A stretch of DNA of 64,000 nt from Octopus sinensis (taxonomy: Eukaryota): assembly GCF_006345805.1 (NCBI RefSeq), contig NC_043015.1:52390001-52454000 (forward strand), written 5' to 3'. The notes under the pieces were generated by a model that did not search any database, had not been told where the DNA came from, and saw only the letters and a program-made list of their open reading frames with translations. A program made the translations under genes and the position numbers. Of the stretch, positions 26,215 through 38,199 are shown one piece after another. Each line of letters starts with the position of its first letter. Position 1 is the first letter of the stretch.

Positions 26215-26480
26215 CGAGGTCTAATCAATAAGTATCTGAACTGAGGCTATAAAAATAAAACTACAACACGTTCCGATTTGGCATATAATCTTCTTCAAAG
26301 CAGTCCCCTTCGGAAGCTACACACTTAATCCAGTGCTGTCTCCATTTATGAAATCATTCCTGGAACTCGTTTTCGGAAATAATCAGCAGCTGCCACGTCG
26401 CATTTTATTTTTGGAAAGAGGCAATGTCGCAAGGGTCGAAATCTGGGAAATATGGTGGCTGTCGGACCTGGGGAATGCCT
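26215..26480 (-). mobile_element. Mariner transposon 3' end fragment
   Basis: TA followed by TIR CGAGGTCTAATCAATAAGTATC; minus strand encodes FHKWRQHWIKCVASEGDCFEED, the mariner transposase C-terminal motif. Confidence 0.8.
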
Positions 26481-26510
26481 TACCTGGAAAAAAATTGACT
26501 TTTTTTCAAA

Positions 26511-26599
26511 CAACGCAAAACAGAGAAACGAGACATACAGGACAAGGAATATTCCCCTTCTTCAGTTGCCCCTGTTTCCTCAACTCCGCGTTTCGAAGG
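26511..26599 (-). mobile_element. Short repeat family E (split hammerhead-like motif), copy 1
   Basis: CGAAACGCGGAG...GGGGCAA-CTGAAGA-AGGGGAATATTCCTT-GTCCTG; relatives at 36376 and 42076. Confidence 0.6.
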
Positions 26600-26650
26600 T
26601 AAGGGCAAGACACGACTCCACTGAAACAATCCTTCCCGCAAAGCAAATTA

Positions 26651-26654
<4 letters not shown>

Positions 26655-26688
<34 letters not shown>

Positions 26689-26706
26689 ATATATATATAT
26701 ATTATA

Positions 26707-26741
<35 letters not shown>

Positions 26742-26781
26742 ACATATACACACACACATATGCATACACACACACACGCAT

Positions 26782-26816
<35 letters not shown>

Positions 26817-26914
26817 CATACACACACACCACCTACATTGTAACTTTCGTTTAAGATATGTTATGTATTATTTTATGGTTCGTTCCTTGTGGCCAATAAT
26901 TAAATAATTAAATA

Positions 26915-26945
<31 letters not shown>

Positions 26946-26947
26946 TA

Positions 26948-26982
<35 letters not shown>

Positions 26983-27232
26983 GTAATAGTAGTAGTAATT
27001 TTTAATTGTGTTTATTGCACTTTTCCTTTTTAAATGTCCTTATATTATATTATCGAAATAAATTCATATCACATCTGTTGTGTGGCGGGGGAGGTTGTTG
27101 TGTGGGGAGCAGTAGAGGAGTGTCTACGCACGCAAGTTGTTATATATATGCAAATAAATATGAGTGTGTGTGCATATATGTGTGTACGTGAGTGTGCATG
27201 TGTGTGAGTGACTGAGCTGGTGTCTGTTCTGC

Positions 27233-27310
<78 letters not shown>

Positions 27311-27450
27311 TATACACATATATATACTCATATATATGTACATATATATATACATATATATACACCTATATACATATATATAGACATATCTCTACATATG
27401 TATATACACAAATATATACATATACTTATACATATATATATACACACGCC

Positions 27451-27485
<35 letters not shown>

Positions 27486-27657
27486 ATGTATATCTATGTG
27501 ATTGTATGAATATATATTTATATATTAGCGCATGCGTGTGCTTCCATGCGCGTTCGAATGTGCGCATATGTATCATGCACGCATGCATGTATCCATGTAT
27601 GTATATATGTATGAATGACTATATGTGTATACATATGTGTGTGCGTGTGTGTGTGCG

Positions 27658-27712
<55 letters not shown>

Positions 27713-28373
27713 GTGTGTGTGTGTAGTTCTATATTAGCGTGTTTCAGAGTATGCTATGGAACTTTGTGCTAATTGAAAACAGAAATAACGATGAGACTGA
27801 AAAGAGGTAGGAGCGCACAAACCAGAAGGGTGGGGGCAGTGAGATTTCTCTCTCTTTTTTTCATTTTAATAAGATGTATTTTTGTAATAATGTAATTTTT
27901 TTTAAAAATTAAAAAAAAAACTATGTAGTGGTGAATCAGGAAGAAAATTAATTTTCGTATCACAAAAATCACACACGCGTGGGCGCGCGCACATACACAA
28001 ACACACATATAAAAACACACACATAGACAAACACACATGCACACGCACGCTTGCATATACAGACGCGCGCGCACACACACTCCGATGCATGCATGCATGC
28101 ATTCAGACGGAAACATATACACATATATAAACATATATACACTTATAAAAACATATATAAACATACACATACGCATACATGTATGCTACATACACCTATA
28201 CATACATACACATTTATACATGCATTCGTGCATACATGCACATATTCATACACATAAACACGCACACATACGTACATACTTATTTGCATGCATACGTACA
28301 TACATGCATGCATAACTACGTACATACATACGTACAGACACACATACATAAATACATACATATCTTTATATAT

Positions 28374-28407
<34 letters not shown>

Positions 28408-28779
28408 CTATTATATATACATACATACATACCCACACATACAAAGTTACACATATACATATATACACATACATACATATGTATAAATCATACATATATA
28501 TATATGTATATATATATATATACAATCATAAACACATACACACATACATACATATACAGACACATATACAAACCTATATACACACACATACATACATACA
28601 TACATACATACATACATACATACATACATACATACATACATACATACATGCATACCTACACACATATACATACATACACACATACATACACACATACATA
28701 CATACACACACATATATACACAGACACATATACAAACATATATACACACACATACACACATACATACGTACGTACATAC

Positions 28780-28810
<31 letters not shown>

Positions 28811-28880
28811 CATACACACACATACATACATACATACATACATACATACATACATACATACATACATACATACATACATA
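26655..28880. repeat. (TA)n, (TG)n and long (TACA)n microsatellite blocks
   Basis: Direct reading. Confidence 0.9.
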
Positions 28881-28884
28881 CGTG

Positions 28885-29175
28885 AGAACACAAAGAAACG
28901 ATATGCTCTGTTGTGGAAATCGGCTGCCCTCTGGACACCAGTGTGGTTATAAAAAAGTACAGGAGAAGGAGGACATCCATAGACTGTTGAAAAGAAGTTT
29001 GCAAATCCAGTACCCAAGATACACTTTCAGTGCCATGGTTGTTATTATTGGAGCACCATGAATACATACCAACCCGTCTGAATCAAAGTATGGTTGAGAA
29101 TCAAATTTGAGGAGAGAGATGCAAATCCTGATATCTGAACTATAAAAATCTTCAAGACCTTCATAAGGATGATAC
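28885..29175 (+). mobile_element. RLE-type (R4/NeSL-like) non-LTR retrotransposon 3' fragment
   Basis: Frameshifted KKRYALL/VEIGCPLDTSVV/KKVQEKEDIHRLLKRSLQIQYPRYTFSAMVVIIGA resembles a PD-(D/E)xK restriction-like endonuclease. Confidence 0.6.
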
Positions 29176-29248
29176 TTAAAACAAAATATTTTCCATTATT
29201 TACATTATTTACATTTCACGGATATTTGTCCTCATCTTGTTTGTTGTT

Positions 29249-29295
29249 AACACAACGTTTCGGCTGATAAACCCTCCAGCCTTCATCAGGTGTCT
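29249..29295 (-). ncRNA. Minimal hammerhead ribozyme motif (minus-strand copy)
   Basis: AGACAC-CTGATGA-A-GGCTGG(AGGGTTTA)TCAGCC-GAAAC-GTT-GTGTT. Confidence 0.72.
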
Positions 29296-29368
29296 ACGAG
29301 CATATGGCGTAGTGGTTAAGAGCACGGGCTACTAACACCAAGATTCCGAATTCGATTCCAGGCAGTGA

Positions 29369-29436
<68 letters not shown>

Positions 29437-29520
29437 TAATAATAATAATAATAATAACAACAACAACAACAACATCGAAAAATACTTTAGGAATGCGAAC
29501 CCAGGTTCGAAATTTTCCCA

Positions 29521-29567
29521 AGACACCTGATGAAGGCTGAAGGGTATATCAGCCGAAACGTTGTGTT
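29521..29567 (+). ncRNA. Minimal hammerhead ribozyme motif (plus-strand copy)
   Basis: AGACAC-CTGATGA-A-GGCTGA(AGGGTATA)TCAGCC-GAAAC-GTT-GTGTT. Intact core, 6-bp helix II, 5-bp helix I, loopless palindromic helix III (AACGTT). Confidence 0.75.
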
Positions 29568-29737
29568 AGTAACAAACAAGATGAGGACAAAATATCCGCC
29601 AAATGTAAATAATGTAAATGATGTAAAAAATATACATAATTTCTCATCTCTTAAATATAGAACTGTAAAATATTTTCCTTCACAACTTTACTACCAAATA
29701 GGTGGCCGGTTCAAATTTACTCTAAATTAGAAATCCA

Positions 29738-30134
29738 GTTATTCTTTACTACTCCAGGCACAAGACCCGAAATTTTGGGAGAGGGACTAGTCGATTAGAT
29801 CGACCCCAGTACGCAACTGGTACTTAATTTATCGACCCCGAAAAGGATGAAAGCAAAATCGACCTCAGGGGAATTTGAACTCAGAACGCAAAGACAGACG
29901 AAATACCTATTTCTTTACTACCCACAAGGGGCTAAACACAGAGAGGACATACAAGGACAGACAAACGGATTAAGTTGATTATATCGACCCCAGTATGTAA
30001 TTGGTACTTAATTTATCGACCCCGAAAGGATGAAAGGTAAAGTCGACCTCGGCGGAATTTGAACTCAGAACGTAACGGCAGACGAAATACTGCTAAGCAT
30101 TTCGCTCAGCGTGCTAACGTTTCTGCCAGCTCGC
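29738..30134 (-). mobile_element. Two tandem SINE family B copies
   Basis: TCGACCCCGAAAGGATG...GAACTCAGAACG occurs twice. Confidence 0.85.
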
Positions 30135-30396
30135 ATATATATATAAATAAGTAATCAACGCCACTTAAACATGTCTGTTCCGTAAGAACTGGTGTTACTG
30201 CTATTTTTAACCCCAGAAGGACATCTCCCTCAGTTGGTTATTTGATGCAATCCGTATTCGATATTGCAAGCAGCAAAGTGAACCCCTACCATCTTCCAGC
30301 CACTAGAGCACTATACCGTACGGTTTCGACCTTTTTGTGGTCACCATCGGTGGTGAATACTCGTCCGCTAGAATATATATATGTGGAGGGGGGTTC

Positions 30397-30606
30397 TTTT
30401 ATCCTTTTATTATTTTACTTGCTTCAGTCATTTGACTGCAGCCATGCCGGAGAACCTCCTTTAGACGGACAATTCGACCCCAGGACCTATCCTTTGTAAG
30501 CCTAGTACTTATTCTATCGGTCTCTATTGCCGAACCGCTAAGTTAGGGGACATGAACACACCAGCATCGGTTGTCAAAAGATGGTGCGAACAAACAGACA
30601 CACACA

Positions 30607-30654
<48 letters not shown>

Positions 30655-30806
30655 GGGCTTCTTTCAGTTTCGGTCTACCAAATCCACTCACAAGGCTTTG
30701 ATTGGCCCAAAGCTATAGCAGAAGACATTTGCCCAAGATGTCACTGAGTAGGACTGAACCCGGATCCCTATAGTTGGGAAGCAAGTTCCTTACAACACAC
30801 CCACAT
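30397..30806 (-). mobile_element. SINE family A, full length, internal (TA)n
   Basis: Head, first body, microsatellite, second body and tail all present. Confidence 0.85.
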
Positions 30807-30817
30807 ATATGTATACA

Positions 30818-30897
<80 letters not shown>

Positions 30898-30978
30898 ATA
30901 TATATATATGTATATATATATATGTATATATATATATGTATATATATATATATGTGTGAGACTGTGTTTGTGTGTGTT

Positions 30979-31009
<31 letters not shown>

Positions 31010-31049
31010 TGTGTGTGTGTGTTGTGTGTATATATATATATATATATAT

Positions 31050-31433
31050 AATATTTCAACAATTGAGGCTAAAATTAATTAATTATTAATCAATTTCACC
31101 AAGTATTCAGTATGTAAAGGGACCATTTAAGGCGAATTCAAATATTACATTTTATAAAGGGCTTAGTAAAATAAATTACTTTGTCACATACTGAACTCAT
31201 TAGAAATAGCAGCCAAAAAAATTTTTTTAGCCATTTCTAATACTTAAAGAAAATTTCTCTCAGATAGTGTTACTCAAAATAGCCCACATTCGTGGGCTAT
31301 TTTTTGAGTAAACACTATCTGAGAGAAATTTTCTTTAAGTATAGAAATGGCTAAAAAAATTTTTTTGGCTGCTATTTCTAATGAGTTCAGTATGTGACAA
31401 AGTAATTTATTTTACTAAGCCCTTTATAAAATG

Positions 31434-31434
<1 letters not shown>
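31050..31434. mobile_element. Fold-back element; near-perfect ~141-bp arms 31147-31287 / 31292-31434, 4-nt loop, left side ~95 bp longer
   Basis: ACATTTTATAAAGGGCTTAG...AGCCCAC-ATTC-GTGGGCT...CTAAGCCCTTTATAAAATGT; (TA)n on both sides. Confidence 0.85.
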
Positions 31435-31471
<37 letters not shown>

Positions 31472-31857
31472 AATATCTTAATTACCTGTACCCCAATGTT
31501 TAGATGGTACGCATTTTAGTCTACCCTGAAGCGATGAAAGGTAAAGTCAACCCTAACAGCAATTGATTTCGGAATCTAAAGACAGCAGAAATGCTACCAG
31601 GTACTTTTGAATCGCGGCGGTAAAGATCCTGCCTAGCTCGCCGCCTAAAAATATATAAGTAAATTAAAGCTAACATTTTATTTTCAAACACCTGGGTTTA
31701 AAAATTCAAGAGAAAAAGAAAGCACAAACGTATACCATCTTTAGGTTTGCAATCTGGTTGGCATGGAGGTGTACGGTTTGAGAAGGAAGCCTTAACATTG
31801 TAACATGGATTATGTATTACGTTCAACGATCAATTTACTCCGGCTAACATCGATTTA

Positions 31858-31894
<37 letters not shown>

Positions 31895-32514
31895 GACTGT
31901 TGTTGTTGTTGTTTTCTTTTTTCTTTCTTTCTTTCTTTCTTTCTTTTTTTTTTTGTAATCTAATTCGCAGACACTTTAATTTCCTCGCTAACTTCCTCTT
32001 CTCTGTTCCGGCTCTGAGTAAAGCATAGAGGCGTCAGAACCTAGGAAATCGGTCTATCAGAACTCCTGACATTACAGATCAATAATCGACCGCAAATAAA
32101 TATTGTTGATTGGATGGAATTTAACAAGAGCACAACTATGGGGAATTTCCAGAAATTATCTCTTCATTCTTATGGTTATTTATCTATTTACATATATATT
32201 CATATATTTCATTCCCTTCTCCAATAATATGTATATACATACATACATACGTGCATATATATATATGTGTGTGTGTGTGTGTACGTATGTAAATATGCAT
32301 ATAAGTGTGCATATATATAAATATATACATATTTAAATACGCATGGTTATATATATATACGTGTGTGTGTGTAGATATATATATATATATAATATTATAT
32401 ATATATTATATATGTGCATACACGTATGTATACATATATATATACACGGAAACACAAATATATAAACATACGTGTGTGTGTGTGCATACGTATGTATGTA
32501 AGTACGTATGTATG

Positions 32515-32557
<43 letters not shown>

Positions 32558-32844
32558 TATATATATATAATTATATACTTATATAAAGTGTGTGTATAGA
32601 TGGATAGATGTATAGATGGATAGATGATGATAAGCCTGGTATATATATATATATATACACACACATATATTTATGTATGTATGTATGCATGTATGTATGC
32701 ATAAATACATACATACATACGTGTGCTCATGCATGTATTCCAGTCTCTCTTTTTTCTCTGTCAATTTCTCAATGTGTGTACGTGTGTATTCGTGTACATA
32801 CATAGAAAGGAAGAATTAAAGTTGAGCTGTCAGTAAATGGATAT

Positions 32845-34305
32845 GTATAACTATATGGCTGTCTATATGAATGCATGTATGTATGTATGTATGTATGTAT
32901 GCATGTATGTATGTATGTATGTATGTATGTATGTATGTATGTATGTATGTATGTATGTATGTATGCATGTATGTATGTATGTATGTATGTATGTATGTAT
33001 GAATGTATGTACTTATGTATGTATATGTATGTATATATGTATGCATGTATTATGTATGTACTTATGTATGTACATGTATGTACGTATGTATATGTATATT
33101 TCTGTATGTACGTACGTATGTGCGCATGAATTTAAGTATTTATGTATGAATGAAACTACGTACGTACGTATGTATATATATATATACGTTCGTACGTTTG
33201 TATGCATGTACGTATGTATGTATGCTAGTATGTACGTACGTATGTATATATGCTAGTATGTACGTACGTATGTATTATGCATGCATGCTTGTACGTACAT
33301 ATGTATGTACGTATGGATGTACGTATGCATTTATGTACGTATGCATGCATGCATGTATGTACGTATGCATGTATGTATCCATATATGTACGTACATACGT
33401 AGATATGTATGTATGTATGTACGTACATATGTATGTACGTATGCATGTACGTATGTATGTACACTACCGTCAGAAATTAATTAGCACCCTTGATTTGCTC
33501 ACCATGAAGCATGGTGGGGGTGGTCTGATGGTGTGAGGGGCGTTCAGCTACAGTGGTGTTGGGCGGCTCTATGCCGTCGAAGGCAACATCAACGCAGCAA
33601 AGTACGTTGAGATAGTACGGGATACCTCTTTGGTGGCGAGGAGTACGTGCTGGCCAGTCACCTGACCTGAACCCTATTGAGAACCTCTGGAGTCGATTGG
33701 GTAGGGATTTGAATGTGCAGCAATACAGGAACTGACACGAGCTGTTTGGGGCACTTCTTGCTGCATGAGGGGCCATCCCTGCACAGTACCTGCAGGCACT
33801 CATAGACAGCATGCCGACCCGCGTAGCAGCTGTCATTGCTGCCAAAGGAGGAGCAACAAGATATTGACTAAATTTCACGATTAATAACAATTATGTGGTG
33901 TGCTGGGATATGTTTTAATAAATTTTTGATTAAAAACGAGTTCGTTTCTGATAATAAGTTAATTAAATTAAGAAAATGTAAGAAATGTAGAAATTTGAGA
34001 AGTGCTAATTAATTTCCGACGCAAGTGTATGTACGTATGCACTACGTATGTATGTACCTATGTATGTACGTACGTGCGTATGTATGCATGTACGTATGTA
34101 TGTATGCATGCATGTATGTATGTATGTTGTACTTACGTACGTGTGTATGTATGCATGTACGTATATATGTATGCATGCTTGCATGTATGTATGTATGTAA
34201 GTATGTATGTATGTACGTATGTACGTACATACGTGTGTATGTATGTATGTACGTATATATCTACGTACGTATGCATGCATGTATGTATGTACGTACCTAT
34301 GTATA
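32845..34305. repeat. (TATG)n/(TACG)n/(CATG) tetramer satellite hosting the Tc1 insertion
   Basis: Direct reading. Confidence 0.9.
33462..34027 (+). mobile_element. Tc1-family transposon deletion derivative (566 bp)
   Basis: TA TSDs; ~26-bp TIRs CACTACCGTCAGAAATTAATTAGCAC / GTGCTAATTAATTTCCGACGCAAGTG; remnants KHGGGGLMV*GAFS, SPDLNPIENLW and DSMPTRVAAVIAAKGGATRY*. Confidence 0.93.
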
Positions 34306-34658
34306 CTGAAAGAGTCCGACATCCAAACTATCCAGAGACCCCCACTCGCCGCACACTCGCCCGCACACTCAACCGCTCACTCACCTACCCTCTCCACTCC
34401 ACTCCAGTTGCATCATCAGAACGAGGCTCTGAATCAGCAGCCGACAGTTTTATAGCGTTTCTATCGACCGGGATTAACTCTAAGCAAGTTGCTTGGTCGG
34501 CATCCTTGCATTGCAGGCAGGCCGGCCTTGTGTCTGTCTCCGCTGTAGACTGATGAAGTTTCGGGAGAGCGGAGAAGGGAGCGAACAAAAACAACAACAA
34601 CAACAACAAAACCGTCTCGCTCTCACTCACACTCTACTACCCCACCTTTCACTCTTCT

Positions 34659-34692
<34 letters not shown>

Positions 34693-34845
34693 TTTCTCTC
34701 TTTCTCTGTTCTGGAGAATTCCTGGGACACTTTCTCCGTTGTAACAATATGATGAAGTGAGAGGAATTTCAATGGAATCAAATAGATTTTTTCCCCATTG
34801 CGCCTGACTTGAATTCCATTCGGAGAATAATATTTCTCAGTTTAG

Positions 34846-34908
34846 CGGGGATGGTATGGGATGGTATGGGATGGGATGGGATGGGATGGGACGGGTGGGA
34901 CGGGGGGA
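34846..34908 (+). repeat. (GGGAT/GGTAT)n pentamer, G-quadruplex-prone
   Basis: Direct reading of repeated GGG runs. Confidence 0.8.
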
Positions 34909-34949
34909 AAAGACACAAATGAAAAGGAAATGAACAGACAAGCAACTAA

Positions 34950-35175
34950 ATGATGATGACGATGATGGTGGTGACGATGAAGATGGCAGTGGTGGCGGTA
35001 GTAGTGATGATGATGATGATGATGATGATGACGATGATGATGATGATAGCGATGGCGATGATGATCATGTCGGTGATGATGGTGATGACGATGATGATGA
35101 TGATAATGGTGATGATGACGATGATGATGATGATGATGATGATGACGATGATGATGATGATAATGATGATGACGC

Positions 35176-35209
<34 letters not shown>

Positions 35210-35227
35210 GATGATGACGACGACGAC

Positions 35228-35275
<48 letters not shown>

Positions 35276-35531
35276 GATGATGATGATAATGAAGATGAAG
35301 ATGATGATAATGAAGATGATGATAAAGAAGAAGAAGATGATGATGATGATGATGATGATGATGAAGATGATGGTGATTGATGGTGGTGGTGGTGGTAATG
35401 GTGGTGGTGGTGGTGGTGATGGTGACGACGATTGTGATGATGGTGGTGATGATGATGATGATGATGCTGATGATGATGAAGATGATGATGACGATAAAGA
35501 TGAAAATGTTGATGGAAATGATGGTGATGAA

Positions 35532-35579
<48 letters not shown>

Positions 35580-35715
35580 GATGGTAGTGTTGGTGGTGGT
35601 GACTTCGACGACGATAATGATGACGGTGATGATGATGATGACGATGACGATGATGACGATGATAGTGATGATGCTATTAACGAAGCATACGATAAACGAT
35701 GATGATGATAATGAC
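34950..35715. repeat. (GAT)n-dominated trinucleotide tract
   Basis: Direct reading. Confidence 0.95.
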
Positions 35716-36089
35716 GGTGGAACAAACTTTTGACCTTTTCTAAATCGAGGATTAAAAGACACCAGCCACAGCTCTCAAAGACATCAGATGATAGAACGTG
35801 TGACATTCGATGTTCAACATGGGACACAATTAAGCAACACAAATGAATAAAATAAAACCCATCAAACAAACACGGGTGAAAATTATTTCGTAAACTCGAG
35901 TTTTTTTAAGAAATAGTTTTCAGTTTCTTTATATTTGATGTTGACTTCGTTCCTTAAAACTATTGTTTTGCGAGTGTTCCTTGTTTTGTCATGTGGGCGT
36001 GACAGGCGATGTGGCACCCAAGACCACTTGTCTGGGGAGCAAGATTCTTACCTACACAGATACATTTTTCGTCTATTATCCTGTACTTT

Positions 36090-36212
36090 CTCATCTGTTT
36101 TTACGTTCTGAGTTCAAATTCCGCCTTTCATCCTTTCGGGGTCGATAAATTAAGTACCAGTTGCGTACTGGGGTCGATATTATCAACTTCGGGCCTTGTA
36201 CCAAGAGCAGAA
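36090..36212 (+). mobile_element. SINE family B fragment
   Basis: TTACGTTCTGAGTTCAAATTCCGCC...TTTCGGGGTCGATAAATTAAGTACC. Confidence 0.8.
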
Positions 36213-36375
36213 AAGATGATCCTGAACTTTCATCTTTTATTTGGTTCAGTCATTGCACTCCAGCCATGTTGGAGCACAGCCTTGAAGGGATATGCTTTCC
36301 TTTTTGGCAGGAGGGGGCCGTTAAACGAATCCCCCGCAGTACTTTCTTAAGCCGCGTACTTATTAATATATATAT

Positions 36376-36555
36376 ATACGCGGAGTAGATGAAACAAAGG
36401 CGACTGAAGAAGGGGAATTTTCCTTGTGTTGTAAGTCCTATACTCAATATTTTCGTTGTTTAAGAAAAATGTCCATTTCCTTGGTTTTGTGTTTATGTTT
36501 TCGTTTCTCATTGTGTTTGACTTTTTTTTTTTTTTGGTGTCCTGTACCCATATAT
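36376..36555 (+). mobile_element. Short repeat family E, copy 2
   Basis: ACGCGGAGTAGATGAAAC...CTGAAGA-AGGGGAATTTTCCTT with T-rich tail; (TA)n flanks. Confidence 0.6.
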
Positions 36556-36630
36556 GCATGTATATATACATGTAGATGTAGGTCGTACATAATGTATGTA
36601 TATATGCATATGTTTTTTTTATTAATTTGG

Positions 36631-36670
<40 letters not shown>

Positions 36671-36699
36671 TATATAATAGAATATTTAAAATTACTAAG

Positions 36700-37092
36700 T
36701 CTCTCTAAAGAAGATTACGGCAGCGTTACTGGAAATTAATAGTTATCGCCATACTTAATGCAGTCTTATAATATAAGACTAAAGATGTCGCTGATTAGCT
36801 CCAAGAGGCCACCGCCTCAAGCTAGCTATTTGACACACAACCTGCGTCCATTATAAACCTTCGAACAGGGGAGGTCAGCCGCTTCAATCCTGTTCAGTCA
36901 GACAGCTGCAGACATGTTTCAGCTGTCTGACTGGCAGGATGAGCGGCTGACCTCCCTTGTTCGAAGGTTTATAATGGACGCAGGTTGTGTGTCAAATAGC
37001 TAGCTTGAGGCGGTGGCCTCTTGGAGCTAATCAGCGACAGCTTTAGTCTTATATTTACTAGACTGCCATATAAGTATGGTGATAACTATTAA
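36700..37092. mobile_element. Fold-back element; arms 36736-36908 / 36920-37092, left side ~35 bp longer
   Basis: Near-perfect reverse-complement arms with an 11-nt loop and (TA)n flanks; homologous to the 15.7-16.1 kb unit. Confidence 0.85.
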
Positions 37093-38199
37093 TATATATA
37101 TATATAATGGATTTCTTTTCAGTTTTTGCCTATCAAATGCACTCACATTTGATCGACTGAAGGTTATAGTAAACGACACTTACCCATATGGAACTGAACC
37201 CAAGTCCGCTTGTTTGGAAAGCAAGCTTCTTATACACACATCCACACTTGTGTCTGCTGTTGAATTATTCTTCACAATGACTTACATATCGTCGATGAAT
37301 ACATATTGATACGACTATGAAATATGTGTTACACAGTAATATACTATTGGTTGTTCAGTTAGTTTTTGGGAGAGAGAGAGGGGGGGGTGGAAAAGAAAGA
37401 AAGAATGAAAGAAAGAAGGAAGGAAAGAAAGAAAGACGTCTCGCTGGAAATTTATTGTCTGTAATTAAATAAAATACACCATATTATTGCTACTATTTTC
37501 TTTAATATTTATTTAATTTAATTTCGTTTTCAATTTCAATATTTGCTCCGTTAATATTCGCAGACAGACTGTTTCAATATAATTGTGTCTCGTCAGTACA
37601 GAATTATCAAGTGGTTACATCAATTACATTACATTTGTTAAGAATTACAGCAAGTAAAATATGAAAATTACGAGAGTCAGGTAGAAATATTTGATATAAA
37701 TATTTGATAAAAGAAAAATATTCATTAATATTAGTTCATAGTTCATTTCAGTTGGCGAGGAAGATAAATAAATAAAAAAAATTTTCATCTGGAGTACAAG
37801 GTTTTAAATTTTGAATTCCGATTTCAACATCTCCTCTCTTCCTGGTGTTGGTTAGTCAGTTATTTCTCATGGAGTTTTCCAATCCAGCCACTTTGTACAG
37901 TGATAGGTAGCGTGTGGAGGGGGAGCAGAGGCATGGCGGCACTTTTTCTCACGTGTTCTTTCTTTTATTGTTTAGATGTTATTCGTTTCAGTCCCTTGAC
38001 TGCTGCAAATGCTGTCTCAGATTAACTATTCGATCCCAGCAAAAACAAAAAATGTCGATACATTTTCTATCCGATACTTTTCGCAAAACTGCAAGTTTAC
38101 GGAGACGTAAAGAAGCCAACACCGGTTGTCGAGCGGCGAGGAGCAAATACAAATACACACACACACACATATTTATATATATGACTGGCTTTTCCAGTA

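Larger units (their letters stand above)
29186..29632 (+). mobile_element. Composite element: inverted 3' module + tRNA-like head + (TAA)n + hammerhead-bearing 3' module
   Basis: 29186-29295 is the reverse complement of 29521-29632. A box TGGCGTAGTGG (~29307) and B box TTCGATTCC (~29351) lie between the two arms. Confidence 0.8.

Noticed and set aside
29298-29370. Functional tRNA gene (also other SINE heads)
   Set aside because: A/B boxes are present but acceptor and T stems are incomplete and run into repeat bodies; these are tRNA-derived heads.
34550-34570. CTGATGAAGTTTCG motif
   Set aside because: No helix II or GAAA in register.
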